From: a virus | Length of the DNA stretch: 64,000 nt | Reading direction: 5' to 3' (one strand) | Virus record (IMG/VR): IMGVR_UViG_3300045988_023742 | Location: 32,001-96,000 of that record | Part shown: in pieces, positions 1-11,700 of the stretch | Layout: each line of letters starts with the position of its first letter | How positions within the stretch are numbered: the first letter of the stretch is position 1 | Translations under genes and position numbers: made by a program | The notes under the pieces: model-generated | Seen by the model: the letters and a program-made list of their open reading frames with translations, nothing else | The model's database searches: none | What the model was told of the DNA's origin: nothing

Positions 1-1296
1 GCACAATCTCAACAGTCTGTTACTACTCCTACTATTGCAGAAGGTCAGGTAAAATCAGGTAATGCCATAGTTACTGATACTGGTGTAGTTCTTGATGGTA
101 AACCTAGTACTCCTACTAATCCTGCAAGAGAAAGAGCTGCTAATATAACAACTCAGATAGAAGATGATTCTAAGCATATAAAATTAGCTGATGATAATTC
201 TGGATACATTGATACAAGAACAGGAAAGAAATATGCTAGAGTTACTTCTGTAATTTCTGCTGATGAAAGAGCTGGAGAAAGATTTGACCCTAATAGTCCT
301 TGGGTTGTACCTTCTACTAATATAGGTACAGGCTTTGATGAATTTGTTAGAGACTTCTTTGCTGGAAAATTAGATAATATGACATCTGAGCAATTAGCTG
401 AAAGTTATCCAAATGCCACAAAAGAAGCACTACAAAAGTTTAAAGAACAATTAATGGGTCTTAGAAATAACTTTATATCAAATGGTCTTACAATAGTTCC
501 AAGAGATGTAACAGTTACAGGCTCATTAGATGTATTAGATTCCAATGGTAAGATACATACAGTAGATGTTGCAGGAACACTTGACTTGCTTGCTTATGAT
601 GGAAATGGAAACTTCTTTATCTTTGATATGAAGACAAATAGAAGTGGTATAGACCAACATAAACAAGAAAAGTATTCAAGGCAGCTATCATTGTATAAGA
701 AGTTCTTAGAAAATAAATATGGAATACAAGTTAAGTCACTTAACTTAATTCCTATTGGTGTTGAATATCCAGCTCCATCAGGTTGGAAGAATGGTTCAGC
801 AGATTATTCAGTATCTCCTGAAAAGGCTAATCAGTTAATGATTGATGGCAAAAACTATACAGGTGCAAATCCTATATTGCAAGATACTATTGCAGTAAAT
901 TATACAGAACCTCATATAGTTTGGGAGAAAATGACAGATGAAGAAAGAGCAATGTTTGGTGAGATTGAAAATACTGTCAAAGCAGAGACTAATGACGAAG
1001 CTAAACCAACAGAAGCTATACCTTCAGAGTCTCCAACTGAAACTGTAGACCCTATTTTAGGAACTCCATTTAATGAGGATTACTTGGGAAATATGTTTGG
1101 AATAGAGGTTACTGAACTAAATCATTATAGCATGGATATTACAACTAGGTCTACACCTATACCAGAGAAATATCAATGGAATAATTTAACTCAGGAACAA
1201 AGGGAAGGAATTGAAATGCAAGGTTTCAATGAGACTTCTTGGTCCTCACTTGAGGATGAAGAAATGGAGCATAAATTAAAATGCTTAGGATTATAA
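1..1296 (+). CDS. C-terminal part of a larger protein (5' end outside window) with PD-(D/E)XK-like nuclease motifs
   Basis: Frame 1 is open from base 1 into the listed 379..1296 ORF. GTLDLLAYD...FIFDMKT plus QLSLYKKF resemble the D..(D/E)xK and QxxxY motifs of RecB/Cas4-type nucleases. A hairpin terminator follows. Confidence 0.6.
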   Translation, partial: AQSQQSVTTPTIAEGQVKSGNAIVTDTGVVLDGKPSTPTNPARERAANITTQIEDDSKHIKLADDNSGYIDTRTGKKYARVTSVISADERAGERFDPNSPWVVPSTNIGTGFDEFVRDFFAGKLDNMTSEQLAESYPNATKEALQKFKEQLMGLRNNFISNGLTIVPRDVTVTGSLDVLDSNGKIHTVDVAGTLDLLAYDGNGNFFIFDMKTNRSGIDQHKQEKYSRQLSLYKKFLENKYGIQVKSLNLIPIGVEYPAPSGWKNGSADYSVSPEKANQLMIDGKNYTGANPILQDTIAVNYTEPHIVWEKMTDEERAMFGEIENTVKAETNDEAKPTEAIPSESPTETVDPILGTPFNEDYLGNMFGIEVTELNHYSMDITTRSTPIPEKYQWNNLTQEQREGIEMQGFNETSWSSLEDEEMEHKLKCLGL

Positions 1297-1312
1297 AGCT
1301 TTTGAAAAAAAG

Positions 1313-1345
1313 AAAGGGTAGGGAGGATTAACCTCTCTACCCTTT
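1313..1345. terminator. Bidirectional hairpin terminator between convergent genes
   Basis: AAAGGGTAGGGAGG-attaa-CCTCTCTACCCTTT stem-loop with flanking A/T runs, between the stop at 1296 (+) and the stop at 1360 (-). Confidence 0.6.
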
Positions 1346-1359
1346 TTATTTTATAGTTA

Positions 1360-4300
1360 TTATCTTGCCCTCATATTCTGACCATAATCAAATGATTTGG
1401 CTGCTTCATAAGGTTGTTGTAATGTATATACACTTCTAAGATATGGAAACATTCTCCAGAAATGAACATAAGCTTTTGCATCTCCTTCATCATATCTATC
1501 TTCTTTGGAAGATTGATAATAGAAATAAGAATCATCTTCATCAGCAAATGGAAGACCACCAAACTGTATACCCATCTTGGTTATATCAACAAGTGCTGAC
1601 ATACCAACAGGAGTTAAATCAGTAATAGTAGTTGCTTCAGTCCACAATCCCATAGGAGTATTATATGCTTGTTGTTCTCTATTTAATCTATTTGCAAAGT
1701 AATAGAGAATACCTGCAACCTGACTATCTTCATCATCATCGTCATCATCTCCATCTCCCTTAGCTGTTAGAGCTTTTAGTAGTACTAGTAGACTAATTAA
1801 TAAAGCATCACCAAAGTTTCTCCTCATATTAGCAACTTGGTTCTCAGAGAATCCTGCTCTATACATATCAAGCTTAGCTCTTTTTGTCATAGGTAAGCAT
1901 ATAGCTCTCATAGTCATCATAAAGCCACCTTTATCAGTAAAACCATTCCAAATAACCTTACCAAGAGTATTAAGAGAACCTTCTACATCATGTCCTAAAG
2001 CAACACTATAGTGACTAGCTGCATACCTTCTTTCAATCATACCAAGAGCATAACCTCTCATGGCTAAGACAGCATTACCAAACCAATTCTGTTGAAAAGC
2101 AACCTTATCTTGGTTATTATAAATACCATGCATTCTATTATTAATTTCTCTACACTTATCCATGAAAGCTGATTCATCATCAATATTCCATGTTAAGTTA
2201 TAAGCATCATCTTCCAATGAATGTATAGTATTCTCAGTGTCTGCTATATTATAGCCCTTTCTATTGAGATAATCTTGTTGTTCTTGAGTAAGATGTATTA
2301 CTGCTCCAAATGGTCCAGCACTTGCTGAATTTTGCAATTGAGATAATATAGATGTAATCAACTTATGCTCTTTTGCTCCTTCTTTATTCTTATAGAAAGT
2401 GCCATTAAGAGCTAATGTTTTACCACCTTTATTACCTTGAGTATCCTCATTATCTACAACTTGATAAGCTTCCCATAAGGATATTCTTTTACCACTTTCA
2501 TCATATACTTTAGTTTTATATGCACTTGCCAAGTATGATATAGATTGCATATAGTGGTCCCCTGACTTATATGGCAAGAATATACTTTCATTAAACATAT
2601 TATAGAGCCTTCTATACTTAGAATTAACAGTATGCCAATCTCTTTGTTTAGTTCTACTCTCTCCTAACACATTAAAGTGTCTTATGAAAAGATTTACTTT
2701 ATCTTCTTTAAACTCTTTACCATAGTTCCACCAGTTCTTTCCAAAGCTGCTAAAATATAGTTTATTTGCCATACCAAACTCTTTTAGATTGAAATACTCA
2801 GCTGCTATTGCTTCCTTGAATATTTCATTAAAACCAGTCATAGTATTAACAGAACCACCTATAACATTACCACCTAGAAAATATTTAGAGGCAAAACTAG
2901 ATAGAGTAGAAATAACTTTCTCAACTATTATACCCTTAAATATCTTAGTTTTACTAGAACTAACACCATAGACTTGCTTATCTAGAAATTTCAAGTATCT
3001 ATTATATGCTCTAGAAGTACCTTCTTCCTTGGTTCTTTCTTTTTCAGACTTGTCACCTCCAACTTTTCTTTCAGATAAAACTTCTCTACCAACTTCAAGA
3101 GTATCTACAACTTGATTCATTGCTAAATAGGTATTAGCCATGCCAGCATAAGCTAAGGTAGAATGAAATATATCTGTAGAAAGTTCATTCATATTTTGCA
3201 ATTTATTTACGCCATAAATAGGAAGTCTATGTATCTTTTCTTTTTCATGGGCTAGAGTATTAGCAAATCTTTCTTCTTCTTCAGAATTATATGTTTGGTC
3301 ACTACCAAAGTCAGTATCTTCACTACTTTCACAGAAGGTATCTCTTAGTTTACTTCTTAAAGCACTACCTACTGCTTTATCAATTCTACTATTCTGATTT
3401 CTAACAATGTTAGTGAAAGTACCCTTGAATTGAGGCATTCTTACTGCCAATGTACTACCTTCAGGCAATCTATCATCAAGACTTGTCTTCAATATCATAA
3501 AGTCATTGTACCAAGCTCTTAATCCTTGATGATTAGCCATAAAAACATCAAAGTCATAATTCCTATATTGGTCATTAGGAATATACTTCATTTGATTTGA
3601 ATCCCAAGTACTATTATTTTTATGCCAATCCTTAGCTAATGGTCTAAAATATGTATCCCATCTTAGAGCTTTCTCAAACTCTGTAAGGTCATCTATATTT
3701 GGAATACTTTTCTTGAAATTCTCAAATTCAGCATCTTTAAATTCTTTCCAATCTCTCTCATACTCTCCCCAATGGTATTCTGAAATTATATTTCCAGTAA
3801 GAGTCCCATCATCAAATCTTTCAAAAAGGTCTGACTGTTTCACCCCTTCAATATCATTAAATCTTTTTTCTAGAACTCTAAGTTCATCCCAAGCAAGATT
3901 AGTTAGATTATCAGCTTGCATATTAGCCATCTTAGTAGCTTTATCTGCAATTTGACCTATAATATCAGGGTTATTAGACATAGAACCTAAGAACCTTTCA
4001 AACATATTAATATCACTCTCCATACTCTCTAGTACAGAACTTAGGTCAACTCTACCTCCCTTTTGTAGAAATATTCTCTTTGTTTTTCCATCAGGATTCT
4101 TTTTCTGATGCTTCATATTCCATATAACTTTAGATGCTCTATATACATATTTAGAGCCTAAAGTACTCTCACAGAACTTAAGGAAGAATTGCTTCTCTTT
4201 TGTCATTAACTCTGATACTAGATACTCATTAGCATCATTAAGTTCTCTTGCTACCTTAGTTAAATCTATTGTTTGAATATTACCAACAGAATCTGTAACT

Positions 4301-5769
4301 TGTATATTACTAACATCTCCTGTTAATGATTCTTTGCCTGGCAATACTTTCATAGCTTCAGTAACCAATCTTTGTAGATTGAGACTTGCACTTACAAAAG
4401 TATGAACTTGTCTAAGTTTCCTACCATTATCTGACATATTATTATAGAAATCAGCAGTATTAAGGAAGTCAACAGAATCCAATAGATTATTAATTTCCTT
4501 ACCTTGCCCTATCATATCACTTATCATTGATAGAGCCTCTGCTATTCCATCAAGTGCCATGTTATCAGATAAAGTAGTATTAGGAGCAGCATTAATTGCA
4601 GTTAGTCTTCCTGACTCTGCTACACCCAATATAGCATTTACTTTAGCTGTAAGAGCATCATTACTTATGGCTTTAAGCTTAGCAGCTGTTAGAGCTAGAT
4701 TATTGACAACAGTTCTAAATACCTTTGTATTAAGGGAGCTATTAGCACTATATAGAGTTTCTCTTGTTTCAAGAGCATTATCAATGTTGCCTTGTGGATT
4801 TTCAGACATAAAATCTCTTGCAATTCTCTTAGCAATATCTTCTGCTTCTATAGTTGCCTTAGCAATATCATTACCTTTGAATGAGTAGAATATCTTCTTT
4901 GCAAGACTAACAACTCTATCAGCAAGTCTTCCCCAAGGAGTAGTCTTATCTACTTCATCCATTATAGCTTGACCAACAAGATGCCCAGCAGTTTCTCTTT
5001 TACTGTTTGCACCCATAACTTTGCTACTATATTCTTCTCCAAATATTTTTTCTTGTACATCTGGAGTAAGAAGGTTAGTAAGTCTTTCTACTAATGGACT
5101 ATTACCTAGAGATGCTACTGCAAAGTGACCTGCCTCTTCTGCTAATACAGGAGTAATATGCTCTCCATGAGCAACCCTAATAAGATTATACATTCCATCA
5201 GCAGCCTTCTTTGCATTTACAGTACTATATCTTCCATCTACTTTATCATCATTATTAAAGAACTCAACAGAAACTCCTGCTTTATTTAGATGATACATTA
5301 GGCGGTCTCTAAGAGTTCTATTTGCAATCTCTTGCTCAAGAGCCGCCTGATTAGCCTTAGTTTTAGGAACTACTGATAGTTCATACTGATTACCTACCTT
5401 CTTAATAGTAGCCATATATTCATCATTAAATTGACTATCTCTATTAAAACTTGTAAGTTTTCCTAAGGCATCATCATACTCCATTAATCCACTACCAATA
5501 TCTTTATTTAGAGTTGATAGTAACTTCTCTTGCTTAACATCTATCTTAGCAAGTTTTCTTAGTGAGTTAAATGTTATCTCACCATTCTCATCAAATTTGG
5601 CTTTATCCCTAACTTTGTCTAGGAAGTTTTTATCAGTGCCAACTCTGTAAAACTCCTTTGTCAAACCTCTATCAGAGAGGTGGTGAAGCAGGTCATTCCA
5701 TAACCTGCTTTCAACCACTTCACCTTTAGAGTTTTTGACATGACCAATAATTGAACAACTATTACTCAT
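1360..5769 (-). CDS. Very large hypothetical protein (1469 aa), probably a virion/ejected protein of the RNAP block
   Basis: Uninterrupted 1469-aa ORF directly downstream of the giant RNAP gene (10-nt gap). Contains the polyacidic tract GDGDDDDDDED. I recognise no catalytic motif. Confidence 0.7.
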   Translation of the reverse strand: MSNSCSIIGHVKNSKGEVVESRLWNDLLHHLSDRGLTKEFYRVGTDKNFLDKVRDKAKFDENGEITFNSLRKLAKIDVKQEKLLSTLNKDIGSGLMEYDDALGKLTSFNRDSQFNDEYMATIKKVGNQYELSVVPKTKANQAALEQEIANRTLRDRLMYHLNKAGVSVEFFNNDDKVDGRYSTVNAKKAADGMYNLIRVAHGEHITPVLAEEAGHFAVASLGNSPLVERLTNLLTPDVQEKIFGEEYSSKVMGANSKRETAGHLVGQAIMDEVDKTTPWGRLADRVVSLAKKIFYSFKGNDIAKATIEAEDIAKRIARDFMSENPQGNIDNALETRETLYSANSSLNTKVFRTVVNNLALTAAKLKAISNDALTAKVNAILGVAESGRLTAINAAPNTTLSDNMALDGIAEALSMISDMIGQGKEINNLLDSVDFLNTADFYNNMSDNGRKLRQVHTFVSASLNLQRLVTEAMKVLPGKESLTGDVSNIQVTDSVGNIQTIDLTKVARELNDANEYLVSELMTKEKQFFLKFCESTLGSKYVYRASKVIWNMKHQKKNPDGKTKRIFLQKGGRVDLSSVLESMESDINMFERFLGSMSNNPDIIGQIADKATKMANMQADNLTNLAWDELRVLEKRFNDIEGVKQSDLFERFDDGTLTGNIISEYHWGEYERDWKEFKDAEFENFKKSIPNIDDLTEFEKALRWDTYFRPLAKDWHKNNSTWDSNQMKYIPNDQYRNYDFDVFMANHQGLRAWYNDFMILKTSLDDRLPEGSTLAVRMPQFKGTFTNIVRNQNSRIDKAVGSALRSKLRDTFCESSEDTDFGSDQTYNSEEEERFANTLAHEKEKIHRLPIYGVNKLQNMNELSTDIFHSTLAYAGMANTYLAMNQVVDTLEVGREVLSERKVGGDKSEKERTKEEGTSRAYNRYLKFLDKQVYGVSSSKTKIFKGIIVEKVISTLSSFASKYFLGGNVIGGSVNTMTGFNEIFKEAIAAEYFNLKEFGMANKLYFSSFGKNWWNYGKEFKEDKVNLFIRHFNVLGESRTKQRDWHTVNSKYRRLYNMFNESIFLPYKSGDHYMQSISYLASAYKTKVYDESGKRISLWEAYQVVDNEDTQGNKGGKTLALNGTFYKNKEGAKEHKLITSILSQLQNSASAGPFGAVIHLTQEQQDYLNRKGYNIADTENTIHSLEDDAYNLTWNIDDESAFMDKCREINNRMHGIYNNQDKVAFQQNWFGNAVLAMRGYALGMIERRYAASHYSVALGHDVEGSLNTLGKVIWNGFTDKGGFMMTMRAICLPMTKRAKLDMYRAGFSENQVANMRRNFGDALLISLLVLLKALTAKGDGDDDDDDEDSQVAGILYYFANRLNREQQAYNTPMGLWTEATTITDLTPVGMSALVDITKMGIQFGGLPFADEDDSYFYYQSSKEDRYDEGDAKAYVHFWRMFPYLRSVYTLQQPYEAAKSFDYGQNMRAR

Positions 5770-5779
5770 ATCTTATAAA

Positions 5780-8700
5780 CTAACATGCTTTCATTGGATT
5801 ACCATTTTCATCAAGAACCACAACACCATCTACTCTACAAGCTTGTCTAAGCTCTTCTACAGAAGCTTTCAAATCAGCTTCTTCAGTATTACTTAAAGCA
5901 GCTTTAAGAACATTTGCTGTATAAAGTTCTCCTTGGTCATCTCTAATACCTGCTTTCTCATAGGCTTTACTCATTTCTTCTGCTATTTCATTTATAACAG
6001 CTTCTCTGTTAAAGCTCTCTACAGTAGACTCTCTTTCTTCAGAACTTTCTGATGTTGAACCTTCTTCAAAAGTTTCAGATACTTCTGTATCTTCTACTAT
6101 ATCTGAAGAAATATTATCACCAAAATACTGAAGAGACTGACCTTTAGTACCAAGTTTATCTACCTTATGATATGTCATTACAGAAGTCTTTGTTTCATCA
6201 AAACTATCTGCCATATAGACAACTTGACCCTGACCAGTATTAATCTTAATCATAGGAACAAATTGTCTTGACTTAGCCATCTTATTTTCTTTTAAAATGA
6301 AGTATTTACCATTTTCTTTATCAATCTTTGACAAATCTAAGGTAAATTCATTTCTAGCAACACCAGCCTGAATAGCAAGTGGCTTAAGAATATCTAAAAC
6401 AGTTTTACTTTTAGCATCTAAGCCAAATCTCTTATTATCCAAGTGATTAAGCATATACTGTCTAGCAAATGTTTCAGCATTGATGTTAAACTTATCTTCC
6501 ATTATATCATTCATAAAGTCTACATAGCTTCTATCACCATCAGCAGTTGGTACTTTAATGTTCTCTTTAACTTCAGTAGGAGCAAGATTCATAAAAGCTT
6601 TAGGGCTAAAATTAAAACCTAACTTATAGAAGTTATATAAGAACAAATCAGTAGCAATCTGTGAAGTCTCAGGATTTCTTGCTAAGTCTGCCCAGCTTTC
6701 TCTAATTTCATCCTTCATATAAGGAGCTAATCCTCCAATACCTTGGATATTAATACTAATTTCATCAGTACTTTCACCAGTAGCAGGATTCTTAACTTCT
6801 TTAACTTCAGGAATCATATAAGCAAAGATAGGTATAGACTTCATTTGAGGATTAGCCTCTAAGTGATTAAGCAAATCTTTTGCAAACCATTTAGTGTAAT
6901 ACTCTCTTGTAGTCATTAAACCATGCTGAGTTTGTTTAGGAAGAGAACCATTAAACTCACTTCTTTCTTGGTTACTTAACAAATAGACCATCATATCACT
7001 ATGAATACTATTTATAGTATCAGCATCAAGACTTCCATAATTGACAAGTCCATTTAGAGTATTTCTAGCATTAACATAAGCCATCTTATTATAAGGGAAA
7101 TATTTACTTAAAATCTCTAATGACTTTCTATTAGCATCAAACATAGCCTGCTCATAAGCAAATGGGTTACCCATCATAGTATCAAGATAATCTGAATTGC
7201 TCATAGTAGTAAGACTATTATCATCCATAATAGGAGAGTCAAGCTTGTCTGTCACTTCCATCTCAACATGACTTGCATCAGTACCAACTTCACTAAGATA
7301 CTTTTGAACTTTAAGCTGCTGAGCATAAAGGTCACCAAATGTAGAACCAACTGCATTAGATGCAGTAAACTTTGTTGATGTTACAAACTTAGATACATCA
7401 TTAGCAACTGCTGAAATATCATTGAACAAATCAAGAACTTCAAGTTGTTCAGTAGCAAATGTATTGTTATCCATAACATTACTGCCTTTTTCTCTGAGAA
7501 CTCTATCATTCAAAATATTCTTAGCAAGTTTATCCATAGAGAAATGTTCAGGATTTAGAGGCTCCTTTCTACTTCTAACAGATGCACCTTGATTCTTATA
7601 CTTTTCTCTTACCTCTCTGATAGCAGTATCAATTCCTACACTATTATTAAAGCTATATTCACATACCTCCTTGATAATAGGCTGATTAAACAGCATACCA
7701 ATTTCAGTAGTAGTATAACCAATTCTAGCAAGAACTGCACCTGCATCAGCAGTAAGAGTATTAAGATTCATAAAGTTAAGAACAGGGTCTTTTACAGCAT
7801 CCACAGAAGCAGACAGAAATTCAGCTACATTCAAGTCTACATCAACTCCATTAGGAGCATGAAGGAAGTCACTAAATCTACCATCACCGTAACTATGACC
7901 AGCAAACTCAATAGGCTTAGAAATCTTAAAAGACTTCATAAGACTAGCAAAAGCATGATTAGTATTTTGATTAGCAAATATACCAATAAGTTTACCTGCT
8001 ACTTGATTCTGCTGATTATAAGTGATAATAGTCATAGGGTCAGAAGGGTCATAATTAGGCTCTGGGTCATTGGATTTATCCTTAGCTCTGTTATTAAGAG
8101 CTTCCCAATTAACCTTCTTATTATCATCTATAATACCCTCAGTACTACCATATAGTAACTCTCTCATGATTCTAGCAGACTTAGAAGCATTAGCAAAACC
8201 ACCTGGAGTAGTTCTTTGCTTCATAGTCTCTGGGTCCATCAATCTTTGTTGAATAAGATTAATAAGCATATTATTTCTAGCAGCTCTAGTATTTTCAAGC
8301 GGAGACTTATTAAAGTCATACTCTTCAAAATCTATAAGCTTAGAAGTATCATCTGAGAATACAGCAGATAGTAGTGCATCAGTAGCTTCATCTGTAGATT
8401 GTTTCTTTAATGCTTTATATTCTCTTCTCATAAAGTAGAGCTTATCAACATCAAAGTCAAAACCTGCAATAGTAGTTCCTTGAGCTGGTACTTTAATAGT
8501 ACCTCCTGCTGTCTTTTGACTAAACCTCTTAACTCTAAGATTAAGCATTGAATAGTCTCTCTCAGTTGGGATTCTATACGCTAGAAGACTTGTAGAACCA
8601 GGAAATCTATGCTCAAGTAATGAAATCTTCTTACCCTCAGATTCAATCATCTTAAGAGTTCCATCAGGATTACAATATTCATTGAAATCAAGATGAACTT

Positions 8701-11700
8701 CATTACCTTCGCTATCCTTATATGATATGTCAAATGGAATCTCACATTCTGCATAAAGAATATTTCCTTTACCATCTGTTACATACTTTAAATCTCCATC
8801 TTCTTCATAGCCTTTAATACCCATTGCAGAAACCTGAACAGCAGAACCTCCTTTTATTTGCTGCTTATTCACAATCTTCTTGAACATACTGAAAGCCATA
8901 GCAGCAGCATCATGCTCCAAACCACCTTCAAACAAAGGCATAGCAAACTTACCATTATCAACAGCATAGGCTAGAACATTGTCCATAGACTCTCTACTGT
9001 TATTAATAACACCTTGAATCAATTTCTCACTAAGTTTATTAGCATCTGAAATACCATCCTTAAAGCTATCAAATGATTCTAAGATGTTGGCAACTATCAA
9101 TCCATTATAGAATGATACTAGGTTTCTACCATTGAGTTTAACTCTACCATGATTTCCACCAAGATTTACAGTACCATCACCACCAATATAATTCATATAA
9201 TGGTAGTCATCCATATTGATATTTGCCATAATAAGCTTTCTAACCTGTGTACCAAAGAGTTGAGAGCTATTAATATGCTCAGGAACATTAGTCTGTATTC
9301 TATAATCACCATAACTTAATTGGTGAACATAGGCTTTACTTAGAGCTTCACCTAGACTCTTTGCATCAGAAGCTTTTGAAATGTCAGTAGAACCAAATCC
9401 ACCAACCTTAACAATTTTAGTAGAACCAACTAGGTCTACATTGTTATCATCCATCCAATAAGCCATATCTCTAAGCTTACTACCTTTAGGTAAAAGTTCG
9501 GGAATTAACACTGCTTCAGCATACTTATGCTGAACTGGAATAATAACTTTGTCCTTATCATTAAGAGCAAGCTTTTCATGAGTAAACATATAAGGTTTAA
9601 TAGGCTGAAATACTACTGCCATAGATGCTATTTCAGCAAGTTTTTCTGATGGAATAGATTTTCCATTATAATCAACTTTAAGCTGTTCAATAGCCTCATA
9701 TACTTTCTGCATTTCTTCAGTCCATTGTCCTGCCATACCCATTACTTTTCTATATGACCTAAGAGTTCTATAGCCTTGTCCATCAGTCAAAGTATTCTTT
9801 TTGTATGCATCATATACATCAGAATCTTTTCCATGAACAGCAGCAATAGCTTCCATAAATTCAGGATTTGATTGTTCTGCATTTATATTAATATCATCAA
9901 AATAAACACATCTTTCAATACCATCCTCAGAGAATTTCTTACCATTACTATCAATAGCTGAAAGACTTAATAGAGAACCAGGAGCATGAATCTCTTTGTA
10001 TCTCTTCTGAAGGTCTTTAGTGCCTTTATAGAATGAAGTATCAATAGTCATGAGTTGAAGCTGATTAATAGTAGCAAACTTAACATTGTTATAAAACTCT
10101 GCAAGTTTCTCATCTAAGTTTTCAGATGTAACATCTTCTCCTAGATAAGTATATCTTTCAACCTCTACTTGCTTATTATTCCTATCAATCTCCTTTACCT
10201 TTACAGTTTCAAGAAGACCTAAGTTAGTTAACTGCTTCTTGAAATCTATAAGAGCATCAGATAAATATGCAGATATAGCCTTCTTAACCTCTGTTTCAGT
10301 CGGTCTATCACTAAGCATACTAGAATACTTTCCTACTGTACCATCAGATGCCTTATAATCTTTATTAAGGAATCCAAGAATACTAAAGGTATCTTCACTA
10401 TCAGAAAAGTTTTCCACTTTACTATAGTTTCTAGAATCAAGCCATTCATTAGTAGCTTTGACTAACTCTTGTCTTCTTCTTTCCTGTTCATAAGCATTAT
10501 AGAGACCATCCATAATCTCTTCATTGCTGTATCTCTTAGCTCTAATATATTTGCTTACACCGCTATCACCAAGAATAAATACAGGATATAATGCAGTATC
10601 AGCTTTATTGCTAAGTTCTTTGTCACTTCTGAACTCTGTAAGCATATCAATCATGTGCTGTTTGCTAGTAAAGTTCTCAAAACTCATATCAGAGGTTCCT
10701 AAGAATCTCAGATAATCAAATTGAGCAGCAAATGTATCTTCTAAGCTTACATTAGTAGGAGTATCACAACACTTAAGCAATTCTTCAAGCCACTTATTTA
10801 ATACCTTACCATTATAAGAGAAGAAAGGAGAGTCAAGATATTCATTAGCTAGGAAAGACCTAAGACCAGCTTTGTCATTTGCTTTAACATAGCTTTGAAT
10901 CTTATCAAACTTATCACCCATAAAAGATGGATTTACCTGAGAGAAAAGAGTAATGTTGTTACCTTTGCTATCCTTATGTCTTACTCTAGACTCAAGTCTC
11001 AAGCCTTCTCTATTCTTGGTAATCATTTCATGTATCTTTCTGATTTTCTCCTCAAATACACCTTCTTTCCTGGAGTTCTGACCTTTAGCTCTAACCAATG
11101 ACTTATATGGAATCTTTTCACCAGCTTCAAGTTTCTTCAACTGATTCTCAGATACACCATATTGAGCTAGTTCTTGGAGAGCATTAGTAAGTTTTCTAAG
11201 GTCTTTAGAATGATTCATTATCTCATCTAGAGTATCAGCATCCACTTCTACTCCAAGAGACTCTAAACTAGTTCTAAGGAACTCTCTTCTTTCAATAGAA
11301 GAGCCACCTCTAGAGTAGAACTTGCTTTGCTTTCCTCCTCCATACTGTTTTTGCTTATCAAAGATACTTCCAGTATTTTCCTTAGGCTGAGCAAGCCACT
11401 CATTTATCTGACTTAGAGTGTTCTTTAAGTTAGATACATTGACATTTCCTTTAGTATCAAATACAGAGGTCTTCTCATTAAGAGGCTTTCCAAGTATAAT
11501 TCTAGACATAAAGGAACCTCCTAACAAATCTTCAACTCTATTAAGAAGTTTAGTCTTATACTTTCTAAGACCTTTCTTAGAAGCTTCCTTATCTTCAACA
11601 AGAATGGAATAAGGCTGAAAGTTCTTCTTGAAATCCCTAAAGAATTGTGTTCTAAGTTGAGGATTCTTTGTTAGAGCATCTAAAATTGGAATCATCCATA

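Noticed and set aside
7589-8155. 188-aa plus-strand ORF inside the RNAP gene, and many similar 60-120-aa ORFs antisense to long genes (for example 2789-2971, 4559-4888, 17057-17359, 24204-24692, 30051-30362).
   Set aside because: They are fully nested antisense to strongly supported long ORFs. They have Ser/Leu/Ile-rich compositions typical of AT-rich antisense frames.
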